Of a stretch of DNA of 64,000 nt, positions 44,246-57,470 are shown in pieces. Position numbers and translations under genes: made by a program. The stretch is from Hamiltosporidium tvaerminnensis FI-OER-3-3. Lineage: Eukaryota > Fungi > Microsporidia. Numbering within the stretch: position 1 is the first letter of the stretch; each line of letters begins with the position of its first letter. The DNA lies in the NCBI GenBank assembly GCA_022605425.2, contig CM061256.1:248001-312000 (forward strand), in the 5' to 3' direction. A model generated the notes under the pieces. That model saw only the letters and a program-made list of their open reading frames with translations, did not search any database and had not been told where the DNA came from.

Positions 44246-45459
44246 ATATAATTAATTCATAAGATTAACCAGTTTTTTTATTTGAGTGAGTGTTTTAATA
44301 TTAAAATACAATGAAATTTGGTGCTAGAATTGTTGTTTTTAAATGCTTTCAGCGAAATAATTGTAAACTTAATATAATGAATTATTTTTTCACATTTTTT
44401 TATATAATATAGTTAAAAAAATTAACAAATCTCTTTTTATTTAAATTTTATTGCTTTTCTTTTATAAATAACCATATCATTCGAATTAAACTCTTTTATC
44501 TTGAATTAATCTCGTCCATTAAAATATTTTCTACAGAGTAAAACAATTTAAACATAATATTCAAATGATTTTTGGAAACCCGAAGCACAAGAATCAAAAT
44601 AATAAATGATGTGTTTTTTAGAGGTTAAAAAAATGCCGATGTAGTATTCCTGGATCAACTTTCACCTTTACTTTTTGATTCGGCTTGTATTTTTTAGCCT
44701 CTCCTGTATTTTTAGGTATTAAATCTTGATCATTATGTGTATTTCTAGCTTTTAGATTATCCATATAATTCTTTAATCGATGTGTCATTACAAATTCAAT
44801 AAATCTTTACTTGGTTCATTTACAAACAATTCAAGTGTTTTATGTGTTTCTATTATATCCTTTCCTTGGTTTCTCTCAACAGAATTTAATACGTAGAACA
44901 ATAAGCTATAGAAAAAAACATTTTCATTTATTATAATTATTAGATACTCTGTCTTTTTATACTTTTATCGCAATTATTTTAATTTATTTTTGATTAAAAA
45001 ACGTTTCAAATTGAATTTATTCCGTAATTTCTTTAATTGATAGTTTTCTATTATAAATAAATTGTGAACAATTATTGTCGTATCTTAAAAAAACACTCCA
45101 CACCCGCTATTTTATCCCCCCTACTGAATTTTGCCCTTACTAAAAGTAAAATCCAGTAGGTCATCACACCTGCAAAATGAAATTAATTTCAAAAAATTGT
45201 ATTTGTGTTTTTTTTATTGATGGGAAACCACTTTTAGCGGTTGAATAATTATTTTTTGTGAGATTAAAGGATTTTTATAAAAAAGTAAAATTTAAACGCA
45301 AAATTTTTTACCTGAATTAAAAAAAAAAATTGAAAAAATATATTGAAACTTATTTAAAAAGAGTAAAAAAAAGGTAAAGAAAATAATTAAAACATATTAT
45401 AAAAATTCTGATTTATCAAAAAGCCTCTTGACTCAAAAAAAGCCAGAGACATCTACTTT

Positions 45460-48400
45460 GAACCTACCCGGGTAATTCATGATAGTCACCTCTTCGCCGC
45501 GGGAGTAGGTACCCACTTACGGTGGCACAATACTACCAATGAATTGCAGGTTTGAGCTTCAGAAGGCATTCCTTTCACGAAGCTAGGGATCTACGGGCAA
45601 ATCCCCTGTAATCCTGAAATTTAACAGAGAAAAAGAAATAAATACGAACAAAACGAAATAAAAAGAAAACTAATGACTTGGCATCAAAAAAACTATAATC
45701 CATTAAACATGGAATCTAAGAGGCTTAATGTGAAAAACAGAAGAACTTGTTGATTTATTAAGCGAAACAAAATAATAATAGCCCGCATTGAATGTAACCA
45801 AAAAAACAGGCTTGCGAAATTATCAAAAATGGTTTCTTTCTTTGTATTCTGGTGTCTCAATGAATTAAAACGAAAAGGCTGGAATTAGATTTCTGATTCA
45901 CAGAAATGTAGGAATAACATTTTCGACGGAATTTTTTAATGAAAGAGTAATGAGTTTTAAAAAAAAGAAAATAGATCCATAATAATCCGGTGGTAGTATA
46001 TGCATCGAGTGAGGACGAATCTAAGGAGATTGATGAAAGATTTTATGAACTGCCCTATGCTAAAATTGTTGAATGCAAAGCAAATTTCTGATATTAGGAG
46101 ATTTCAATGGCAGAGTATATAACAAACCTGGAAGTGCCGAAACAGTTATAGGCATATCGGAGAAGAATTCTGAAACAATAACGGAACTAAATTGTTACAA
46201 TCCATTATGGCGAATGACATGATTTTAGCCAACACAATCTTCTGTCACAGAGAGGTGCATAAATTCACTAGCGCCGAATCCTAATGAAACGAAAAGTCTA
46301 TAATCGATTACCTAATGGTAAAAAGAAGTGACTATACAAAATGCAGAGACTCTAGGATAATGAGAGGCTCGGGAATAGGAAGCGAACATCATTACCTAGT
46401 TCTGATAAAAGTATTATATACAAAAAAAGACACCAAGAAGAAGAAATACAAAAATAAGAAATATCAATAAAAATAAAGTTCGCAGAATGGAAAATAAAAG
46501 AGACTCAAACCATTTAAAAGATCTATTAAGTGAAAAAGTAAAAGCTTTAAGTAAAAAGCAAAGTATAAGACCTAGAAAAGGCATGAAATTTATTCAAGAC
46601 AACAATACTTACTATAGCTGAAGCAGTCTCTCGAAAATCTAAATCTGGTGAGAAAAATTTCAAAACACAAGATGGAGATCTGAATTTATCAAAACAGAAA
46701 TTAAAGAAAAGAGAGTAGTTTGAAAGAATTTAGGAATAGATCAGAGGAAAATTATTTAGATTACAAAAACCAACGAAGCAAAGTTAAGAACTTAGTCAGA
46801 TAAGCGAAAAAAGCAAGCCTGGGATGAGTTCAGAAGGTTTTTGGAAGAAAATTTATCAGAAAATCAAAAACTCATATACTAGGTTTTACGAAATGAGAAA
46901 TACCAAAGACTGTCCTTTAAAATTTGTCCTAAGCAAAGAAAGGGAACTTTTAGGATATGAAAAACAGGTTATGGCAAAGAAAAGAGAATACTTTCACGAA
47001 TTGTTAAATTCCAGTTTAAAAGATCGTAAATCAGGGATTAACAACAATGATAATAAGCCTAAAAATAAAGAAAACAGGATTAAATAACCGAGACTGAATT
47101 TAGGGAAGCTTTAGAAAGATGAAGATTGGTAAAGCTTCAAGGCATGATGCTATAGCTTCCGAATTTTTTAAATATTTGAAAAAAGAGATGAAACCTCCTT
47201 TTAAATGTTATATGAATAGCTTGGAGGCAAGCCTCTATATCGAGAGACTGGGAAGTAGCTCTAATAGCTTCAATATACAAGAATGAGATGACAGAAGTTG
47301 TCAGAACCACCGGGGAATAGCTTCACTAAGTGTTCCATGAAAAATATACTCAAAGATACGGACAGAAAGACCAAAGAGACAGGTATAATATCTTTTGGAA
47401 GAAAGGCGATGTGAGTTCTGAAAAAACCGACGCACCCAGGATCCAATTTTTTCAATACGGAAGTTCACATAGAAGATAATCGATTATGGTAATGATATTC
47501 AAACCTGCTTATTAAATATAGAGAAAGCATTTTTTGTGTGCAGTGGTCTTAGCTTTGGCAGTCTTTACACAAAAGAGGTATAGAAAATATTATTTTCAAA
47601 GGAAAACAAAACTTCCATAAGAACTGCCGAAATTATGTTAGAAGTAGGAACTCATTTCCAGAGGAATTTATCACATTTTCTGGTGTAAAATAAGGAGAAA
47701 TACTCGGCTTTTTTTATTTATCATTTTAATATACCATATAATAAAGGAATTCAAACACCGAACTACACATTTTAAGGTAAGAAATTGATAAAAGGCCTCA
47801 ATTGAGTTGAAAGCATAAACATAGGCCGATAAACTAGTTTTGCTTTCCAAGTCAGAACAAGATTTGCAAGAAAATCTATAAATTTGAAATGTAGAGCTAA
47901 GAAAAAGAAGATTGGGGATAGATAAAAACAAAACGGAAAAAATGGAATACCAAAAGCTATACAAAGCTCTTTATTAGATTTGATATGTCTCTTTAAAACA
48001 AGTTAAAGAGTTTAAATACCTCGGAACAACTCTAAGTGCTGATGGAAACCTGATAAAGATTTTAAAGGCAGAATATCAGCCACTAGAACAATGTAAGGAG
48101 TAATTAATGCATCATTTTTAGGCAAGAAAAAAATTTTATTAAAAACGGCGGTATACTACTTCGCAATTTATGTTCCTACTCTGCCATATAGTTGTGAATC
48201 ATGAACCCTCTCATTAAACAGATGTAGCAGAATACAAGGCACTAAAACGAGATTTTTGAGACTTATGTTGAGGAAAAATAGAAGAGACCGAATCAGAAAG
48301 CAGACGATCACGCAGTGTGTCAAACGGACTCTTTATTGGGTAAAATGGATAGGAAAAAATTGTTCTTGTTCATACATATATGCAGAATGGAAAATTTACA

Positions 48401-48612
48401 AGTCCTATAACGAACATCTGAAGCAAGCTGCAAGGGTTAACGACCAAGAGGAAGACCAAGACTGAAATTTTTTGCCTCATTGAAATCGGCCTTCCTCTAA
48501 AAAGAAATATACCGGGAAAATGCCAAGGCATTGACCAGCGACAGAATATTTTGATTTTCTATTTGTTCATTCTTAACACTGAGAGGTACAAAAGGACTGA
48601 AATAAGAAAGTA
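45460..48612 (+). mobile_element. Decayed RTE-clade LINE (APE plus RT), family RTE-2
   Basis: Ordered remnants TWNLRGL, YSGV, NERVM, ILGDFNGRV, SIIDY, GS.HHYLV, GKA..HD, CQNHRGI, IEKAF, EFKYLG and YSCES; taag-type tail. Confidence 0.85.
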
Positions 48613-50491
48613 ATCCATCAAAAAAAAATCAAATTAAGAAAAATTACTACCTAAATAGAAACAATCTGTTGTTTTAATGTATTTTTCTTTATTACATTTT
48701 TTTATAAATTTTTCTGCTCGCATGGTTTTTTTGAATTTTCCTTATAGACGCACTCTTTTGTATTTTTATCTAAAATTTTAAAATATAAAAATTATGTAAA
48801 CTTAAGAAAATAAGGCATAGGTTAAAAAATACGCGCTAAAAAAAGGTCTACAAAAAAAATATGTTTTTTTTTACCAAAATTTATTAGCAGGCTTTTTCCC
48901 CGATTTAACAAGAGATGCAATGAAGAACAAGGAAGGGACAGAATAAAGTAACAAGAAAATTTATGTGAATTTGTAGTAAGAAATTCTTCCTAAAACAAGC
49001 TTATAAAAATGAGAATCGAATTGAAACTGTGAAAATTTTTAAATTTTAATTTAATTTTAAATATTAGTTTAAGCCTAAGGTGATGGCATTTTATTACAGC
49101 TTTTTTTTATTTGTGGATAGTGTTGAGTCGAAAAAAATACGAGATTTATTTGAAATGTTTTTGTTGAAAATCATTTCTAAAAAAGGAATATATTTAAATT
49201 CATTTTCAAATATTTAAGATTCATTCGATACTAGCACCATATACCTCCATTTTAACCTACGTCATTTCAAGGCTTTCCCATTTATTTGACCGGCTTATAT
49301 TAGACACAACTTCTAAATTTCGGCCTGGAACTTAGCTTAGGTCTTTTTAATCTAAATTAGATTTCAATGGTTTTTGGAATCGTTCACTTAAAAACTTAAG
49401 TTGGTGTGTAAAGGTAATTATGAAAATACGGTTGATTCTGTTTATGTATGAATAAAATAAAATATGATTTTTCTCTATTTTGTATTAAATAATTCAATTC
49501 GAATTTTATAAAAAAAATAATGAATTTAATTTCAAAATGAGTTTTATACATTTAATGAAGAAAAAATTTAAAAAACCCGATGATCTATTCGAAAATCATA
49601 AGGCAGAATTCAGGATCGCTTGTTCAGTTAAATATATTGTTTATTCCCTAATAAATACAATTATTCTCTTGAGAAGTGAATACTTTGAGAATATTTTAAA
49701 TTTTATGCATATTTTAGAACTTATTTTTCTAGGTGTTAATGTTATTTTTTAATATGAGAGTTTTTTTCTTTAATTTTTGGTAAAATATGCAGCTGCAATT
49801 TATTCATTAAAGTATTTTCGTAATATTAAATAATTCCTATTAAACAATATTTTCACTTTAATAAATCCAAATATATAATTTTATTTCAAAAGTATCGTGT
49901 TTTATATTTATTTTGTAAACGAAAGAATGTAAATGTATTTAATTCTTATGAAAAATATTTATATATAGATTTCAGCTGCTAAGCCAATTGATATAATATT
50001 AGAGTTATAAAATTTTTATCAAAACAATAATCAGATTTTTTGTACTAACATGATTAATTCCAATTTTATGGTTATAGCAAAAAAGTTAATCTTTAAAATT
50101 TTTAATATTAAATGTTAAATATTTCGCAACTCTATAAAAAAAATTAATGAAATTTCTGGAAGTGTTATGTTTCATCAACAAAATATTACTGGCAGGTTAT
50201 AAATTTTAGTATTACAAATAAAATTTACAAAGCTGAAAAATAAAAAGTTTAGTATACTTTCAAAGCAGGATCTTACGCTACCTCTTTTTTTTATGAACAA
50301 TAGAAATTAGATTTAATGAATATAGCTAAGAAAACATATTTATAGAAGATATTCAAATTATGTTCAGATTTCGAAATATCATTTGATGTAAAACCCGTAT
50401 TATTAAGTTTATGTTTACAAATCGATGTTCTTGAGCAAAAAATTTTAAATTTTTAAAGATACAATATAATTATTTGTGATGTTTTTCATTC

Positions 50492-50721
50492 TTTCATTTT
50501 TGGCACTACAGCCCTGTGCGAGCCTTGGTCTCCCTTAGTAAACCGCCATCCGGTCTTTTTCTAGGGGTTTGTTTACTTATCGAGTTTGGTAACAAGATGG
50601 TTTAAAAAGTGGGTTGTTAGCCCTACGCCTAACCCAAACACGGTGGATCTGTTCCTTTTAGTTGCCTCTTATGACAAGCAGAGAATACCGCAAGCCAATT
50701 CTGCTCTCGACATGATGGGGA
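50492..50721 (-). mobile_element. SINE-like family A copy, independent locus
   Basis: Shares cagaattggctt, tgcttgtc.taagaggc.actaaaag, ggcgtagggctaacaacc and the cagggctgtagtgcc tail with 1879..2116. Confidence 0.72.
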
Positions 50722-51570
50722 ATCGTGGTATTTTTTGAAATATAAATTGCAAGAGGTTACAATGTTACCAGAAAGAAAACATTATACACGTTTCAATCTT
50801 AATGTCTAATATAAAGAAGCTTTGATTGTTTAATGTATCGTATTATATCCTTTCTTCCTGTCAAAAAAATAAAAATTTCTATAAACAAGCCTTTGGCTAA
50901 ACCTTACATATGTCTTTTTGTATTTAAAAGCAAAAGTTTTTATCTTCGAGTTTCTCTCGGACCCTAATATTCTATATGCTAGTTTTTAGAAGATTTTCTT
51001 ACTAAAAATTTATATAATTTTTATTTTATTCAGCCATCCTCGGTTTTCGTATTAACCCTTGTTGGATTACATAAATTAGGCTACACAGATACTACTAGGA
51101 TGAATAAAGAATTTTAAATTCCTTTTAACCATTCATTAGGAACAAGCATAAGTAACATTGATCTTATTTTTTATACTTTAAATTAAAATATAGATATCTA
51201 TCATATTAATGGAAAGGTGGATCAACTTATAAAGGTTAAAGCAAATAAATAAAAGAAAATAGGTTTTCTTGAACAATAAACATTTCTTTCTAAATTTTTC
51301 TTGATTTGGTTCCTCTATGTCATTTTTTAATAATAATTTTTTTAATATTTTTTCTTCTTTTCATTTTTCTTGTTAAATTTTCTTTGTATTTCTCGAATTA
51401 TGCTTAAAGGTTATTTTTTCTGTTTTAAAAATCGTCACTTTAAAATACTGTCAAATCATTAAAATTCCTGGTTATTATAAAGTTTTTAATCTCTCACCAA
51501 ATCAGTTACGCTTCCGTCCAAATAGCAAAAATATAATTTTTTTTAAGATGGTATTCTACTCTATAAAAAT

Positions 51571-54500
51571 AATCATCATCGGTGCTAAGTTCTTGTAGGC
51601 CCTTCACCGCCGCAACAACGTCAGGTTGGCATTCATTCCGATGATAAGCCTTCGCTCTTTAGTTACGAACGCCAAGCTTCTAAGGATCGGCTGCGATATC
51701 ATCCAAATACCTCTTCTGAAAGCTTCCAGAAAATCTATGTCTCTGGCATTGAGATCATAATTTTTTTGAGAATCCTATAGTTATACATCCTTTGCTAATC
51801 TCCAAGTCGACTTCACGGCTCTGCTTTAAGTACATTTATTATTGATGGGCTTCTGTTAAGGATTTCCATTTTCGCGTTAGTTCTAATCCTTCGCGCGGCG
51901 CCATCAGAATCTGCGCGGTAGATTTTTCGAACTATTCTTCAACTTTAGAGAGTTTTTTGGTTTTTTACTATGAGGGTACATGTTTCTGAACTGTAGGTTA
52001 ACATCGACTGGATAATCGCTTAGTAAACATTAATTTTGACTTGACTTGAAATAAGCAAGACATCATAAAATTTTAATATCATAAAATTACCACTTTCGAT
52101 TGGCTATTCTTACTTGAATCACCCCTGTTGCTGCAAGCATTTTCCGTTATTTTGTCACCCGGGTATGTGAACTGCCTAATCTTTTCAAATTCTCGAAAAT
52201 CAAAAAATGTCCCCTTCTCATAGGGTTTTTACTATTTATCATGTACTCATTTTTATTTCACACATTTTCAGATCTATTACGCAGCCTCTTTTCTACTCGT
52301 GCCTATATTTGTTTAGTATGTCCTGCCTCGTGGCTACCACGGCCCTATCCTTTGCAAAGACCAGCTTCTGTGATGTTGATTAAATCAAAGTTGACAAAAT
52401 AAATGAGATACTACCTTAACATTGCGTCCAAGGTCATTTTAAGAGAATTACTGAGAGCAGATCGCTTCGTCTCAGGCGTCTTTTCTCTGCAAAAAAATCA
52501 TAAGTTAATTTTTGATTTAAACTCCACTATTTGTCGCTCTCGGTGTCATTTTCGTAAGTTATATGAGTTAAGTGGAAAATTGAAACTCATTATGCTTCAA
52601 TCTGAACAAGAATTTTCTAAGTATCTGAGCTTAAACCGATGTGAAGTATATGAATGACTGAATCAACGTTAAATACAAACTCCTAGCGATTGACTATTAT
52701 ACTCAGCGTAAAAATCTAGTCTATCGTGATCTATTTTATCTGAAACTGCAGTAGTATTCTCCCAATCTTACTTCTCTCTTGATTTCAATCTGATTGAAAT
52801 AATTCTCGAAAAGGTTTTGAAACTGTTTTTAACAACGTAATTCCTCTATAGCTACTTCAGCTTAATCTACCTCTTTTCTTTTACAAAACACGATCACGCC
52901 AGTGTTCGGCTTTTCGGGCATGATCTCTCGTTTTCAGATTTTGGTCACTAGTTTATGGATAGCTTCGGTCAATCCGTTTTTTTCATATTTAGAGAGATCC
53001 GCTGGTAATAGGTCTTTACCAGCACACTTGTGAGTTTTTTAAATTTATAATAACATTCTCTACTTCTGCAAAGTCGGTTCCGCTACCGCTACATTTTATT
53101 TTCTCAGAATTAAACTCTCATACAACGCATTCGCAATCAAAAGTTAGAGGAAGTATTTTGCCTATCTATTTAAGACTTTTACTTAGTCTCTAAGCAATCC
53201 CCTGTTTTAGCTTTGCAATCAGTCGTGTCCAACACAAAAGCTCGTTTTAAACTTTCCAGCTCTTGGTATATTTTACTCATCTCCCATTGATTGCACAGTT
53301 TTACCTGTCTAAAAGTTTTACTTATTCAAAATGCCCTTTTTGCCTACAAATGCAGTTAGATTCCTTCTCTCTATGTAAAAAATTTCTCGTGTGCTGCAAG
53401 TGTCTCGTTAGAGCATATTTCCAAGAGCAATCTGTCTTTTTACATTGCTCGTCAAACATGGTTCCTGTTTAATTCTAGGGCGCATGAACCTCTCTTTCAT
53501 GAGCCGCGTTTTAAAATCCTCTAAAGACCTCTATTGCTCTTTAATGTCACCTCTGCCTCTATCTGCCACATCACATCGACTATCCTCTAGTTTTTGCTGG
53601 TGTGCCCCTGATCTCTTGATTATTGGTAAACTAGGCCACTGCTAGTTTCATATAAAACTTAGTTTCTCTTTCTTGTTTTGTGCAGAAAGTCATTAACGGT
53701 AGTCTACCTTCACCAAGTAATTGTTCTAATCTACATCGGCTCTTTTTATGTTCGATCGCCAATAATATCACTACCGTGCCTCCGGTTAATTGACATGATC
53801 AATCTGATTGTTGGTGATGCCAGTATGTTATTCACACGTAGTCTTATGAATTTCTTGTGTTCAAAGTATCTACTTGCGATAGTAAAAAAATATTTCACTT
53901 GCCAAATCTACTTGCCTTAGACCATGATTATTACTTTGTTTTTAAGCGCTCTTCCCCCTGTTACGGGTCTTTATTCCTATCCGTTCCCTACCTTTACTTT
54001 CAAATCCCTAAAATAAACTTTACATCGTGTCTAAGCGCATTTTTTATGGCTTTTATAACTTCTCATGGAAAATTCTTTGTTCTTTTCTCTTGATTCTTTA
54101 ATTTAATCATGCGCCGAAATTACAGTCATGTTAAAATGTCTCATTTTGAGTCTTATTGCACAAAGTCTCCCATTTACAGGTTCAAAGTGTATTAGGTATG
54201 CCTTAAATTTCTTCTGTATCACAAATCCCATTCTAAACGATCTTCCCACTTCCAACACAAATCATAGTGTACTGGTTGCCGTCTAATGTTATGGTATCCT
54301 TCTATCTGACTTCCTGGATGGCTGCCACAATAATGTTGTATCTTCTCAGCTCGATTTTTAGGTTTTTGAACGCTTTTCCCTCAGCAATTTGAATATTTTC
54401 CAAGTTTCACTTTTTGTCGCGATTGTTTCTTTAGTTTAGTCGTCATTATTTGTTCCGTTCGGATTAGTTTATTTGTTGTTGTTTATTTCGTAACAAACAC

Positions 54501-54740
54501 TTTTCTGTGATAGAGTTGTTAGCTCTGTACATAACCTTCTAAAGGGCTGCCTTTCACAGATCTCCGGTTAGCTGCCAATTATTGTCGAAGTAGGTCTTTT
54601 AGCCTTCATGAATCCTTTCACTTCCCACAAGACAAGTGTGGTTTTATTACCCCCAAAAATCCAAACGATGATCTTCACAACAATTATTCCTGCTCATTGC
54701 CAAGAAGATAGTTTTTTATGTGGTATTCTCCTTCCACCGA
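51571..54740 (-). mobile_element. Decayed RTE-clade LINE (APE plus RT), family RTE-1, with head H at its 5' end
   Basis: Minus-strand remnants VAAIQEVR, NQIDHV, FDEQC, K.AGKD, YRGITL, GEY.C.FR, QFTY.G and LTYSSET; (gat)n tail at 51571. Confidence 0.85.
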
Positions 54741-56216
54741 CTATATGAAAAGGGTTATTGCATTCTCTCAAAAAATATAAATTCATGTTTTCAACCTTTA
54801 ATTGGGGAGAGAAAAAAAACAAACAACTGAGTTCTAAGAATTCTATATATAACATTTTTATTAAACCCAATCTTTAGTTACACGGTCCAGAAAGCCTTCT
54901 ATTCTATAAGATAGAGCCTGTATCTATCATACATGTCTCGAGAGAGGTAACGGAACAAACTCTATAACTCGGAATTTGAAAGATCAGTTGGATTCCTAAC
55001 CTAAGCAAAAGTTAAAATTTGTAGATAGAACCAACATTGAAAGGCTAACAATAGTTTTCTAAAGTCTTTATGGGATATTTAAGCTTTGCGTGTGTTACGA
55101 GGGATACGGAATGCAACAAAAAATGCTCAATTATTTATCAGATAATTAATTTAAAAACCAAAATTTAAAATTAGAATCACTGAAATATTTTTACGATAAT
55201 TTTAATAAACTTTTTTACGTACAAAGTATTATTTAGACAAATTGAAATAAAATTTTTCAATGTAGAACATGGAAAATTCATCTCTTATTTTATATGTACT
55301 AAATGCATTTATAAAGTAAAAATTTTTTAGTAAATATAGCCAAGTAAGGTTTAAAAAACCTTGTTTTCGCATTCTTACACATACTTAATCTTAAAAAAAA
55401 GTATACTAAAATCCTTGTAAAAACTTTAAACTCATATATATAAAAAATAATTTTGATATATATAAAATTTTAAGGTAAAAAGTTTAAAAAATCAAACTTC
55501 GTTTTCAAAAGTCAAAATTAATAAGAATCTAGGACAAAAACGAAAATATAAACATCTATAATTGATGTATGATTAAGAAATCGCTTGAGTTCTTAAATAT
55601 GAAATAATATTATTTGTTTTATATAAATAACTCACTTTTTATTTTATATTCTCAATTGTATATTTTTACTTAAGGTAACATTTATCATATATTGCAAACT
55701 ATTTTTATAATTCTTAATTTGGAATAATACAATAATATAATTCAGTTACAAATATAGAAAACAATAAAAGAAATGTTAAGTCCAAATTTGTAACCGAATT
55801 TCTTAAAATTAGACTTTTATTTATAAGTTATTATATTTTAATTAACTGCAGTGAATTCGAAACTAATATAATTTGATTTCTTTGGCTTTATAGGTAGTAT
55901 TATATTGAAGGAACCCCATAAGTAAATCTTTTATACCTAGAGAATATAATTCTTTTGAAATCTCCTGTAAAAGCTCAGATTATTTAATCTGATGAAATGA
56001 TAACAGATATAAATTTTCAAAATAGAACTAATTATGAAAAATCCATATAGTTATAAAACCTGTAATAGAATATTTTGCGAAATTTATATAATTATTTTTC
56101 TACTTATCTTATCTTGTTTTTGTTCTATCACTTAAAAATTTGCAACACGTGTTTTAATTAATTCTTTAATATATAAATTCTAATTAATATATTTTCAATA
56201 AAACCCCATAAAGAAA

Positions 56217-57470
56217 ATGATAAACTTAATTGATATTATTTTTATCTCGATGGTTCTTTGTTCCGATGAATCCCAAAATTTATTTTTTGATCCAAAAGAG
56301 AATTTATTAGAATCAGATAATACATTTCCAGGCATATTTTTATCAATTCAAAATCTTTGCAGTAAAGTTATTGAAAAAAAAGAAAAAAAATATGATATAT
56401 TGCTTAAGAAAGGATTCTTAGTATTTTTAAGTAATATCAATGTTTTTATAGAAAAACAAAGTGAATTTCAATTTATTTTCGATTCACATTATAAAAGCGA
56501 TTCATGTTTTCTTTTATTAGCTCAAATAGATGATATTCCAGCAAAGAAAGACCTTTCTGAATTTTTTATAAAAAATTCATATGATTGTAATTATAAAATT
56601 TTCAATCGCCAAAGGAAAAAAAATGGAAAAATGAAGAAGTTTGAGGTTATTGAATATGAAGAAATCAAAAAGAATTCATGTTATTTGTTCAAATTTAAGC
56701 TACCAATGTCTGCAGAAAATTTATTTACCTTCATCAAGAAAGTTCAAGGTAACAGTAATTTTTTTAAGAAAGAAAAAGAAAATTATTTATGTGTTATGTT
56801 TAAAGATTTTCTCAGTGGAGTTGAAAGATCTATAATTGAAATAAGCCTTAAAAATCTTAAAACAAGAAAACTTGACAAAAATACCGTGATTTATATTTCG
56901 ATTAATAAACAAGATTTTGTTAGTAAAGATATATATCCAGTGTTCAACAGAAAACACAGAGAAATGCAAAAAATATACGGATATTTCTTTTCTCTAGCGA
57001 TGATTTCGTCAGTAGAAAGAGAAAATTTGAAAAATATTCCAACAAGTGCATTAATTATGTTTAAAAAGATAAACCTGGTCAAGGAATATCATAAAAAATA
57101 CTATAAAGCGGTATTGAGTTTTTATAAATATCCAGATTTTACTCTTGAAGATTTTAATTGTAAAAAATTGGTTTATTCAGTTATTAAAAGAATAATTTTT
57201 GGCTTTTGTATTGAGATTAACATTGAGTATAAACCCATGTTTCTTTCTATTATTAGTAAGAAAAAATACCGAAAAATCATTAATTTAAAACTGATTTGGG
57301 ATGATTTTGAAGAAAATTTTATTGAGTTGACTCTGTCCTTCGATAGTAATGATACTATGAATAAATTTGTCTACAGAAGGAGTTGTTATGCTGATACACA
57401 CGAAAAGAAAGAATATCAGTCTTTAGAAGAAATCAGATCAGTTTTTGATGCTTTTCTCGAAGAAATTTAA
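56217..57470 (+). CDS. 417-aa putative secreted hypothetical protein
   Basis: Intact ORF with signal-peptide-like MINLIDIIFISMVLC; upstream aaCCCCataaagaaaATG. Confidence 0.8.
   Translation: MINLIDIIFISMVLCSDESQNLFFDPKENLLESDNTFPGIFLSIQNLCSKVIEKKEKKYDILLKKGFLVFLSNINVFIEKQSEFQFIFDSHYKSDSCFLLLAQIDDIPAKKDLSEFFIKNSYDCNYKIFNRQRKKNGKMKKFEVIEYEEIKKNSCYLFKFKLPMSAENLFTFIKKVQGNSNFFKKEKENYLCVMFKDFLSGVERSIIEISLKNLKTRKLDKNTVIYISINKQDFVSKDIYPVFNRKHREMQKIYGYFFSLAMISSVERENLKNIPTSALIMFKKINLVKEYHKKYYKAVLSFYKYPDFTLEDFNCKKLVYSVIKRIIFGFCIEINIEYKPMFLSIISKKKYRKIINLKLIWDDFEENFIELTLSFDSNDTMNKFVYRRSCYADTHEKKEYQSLEEIRSVFDAFLEEI

Noticed and set aside
45128-45146. U5 snRNA loop 1
   Set aside because: gcccttac does not match the invariant GCCUUUUAC.
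52403-54093. Short plus-strand ORFs, and fragments 46824..47087 and 48256..48465, as host genes
   Set aside because: They are antisense shadows or pieces of decayed RTE elements.
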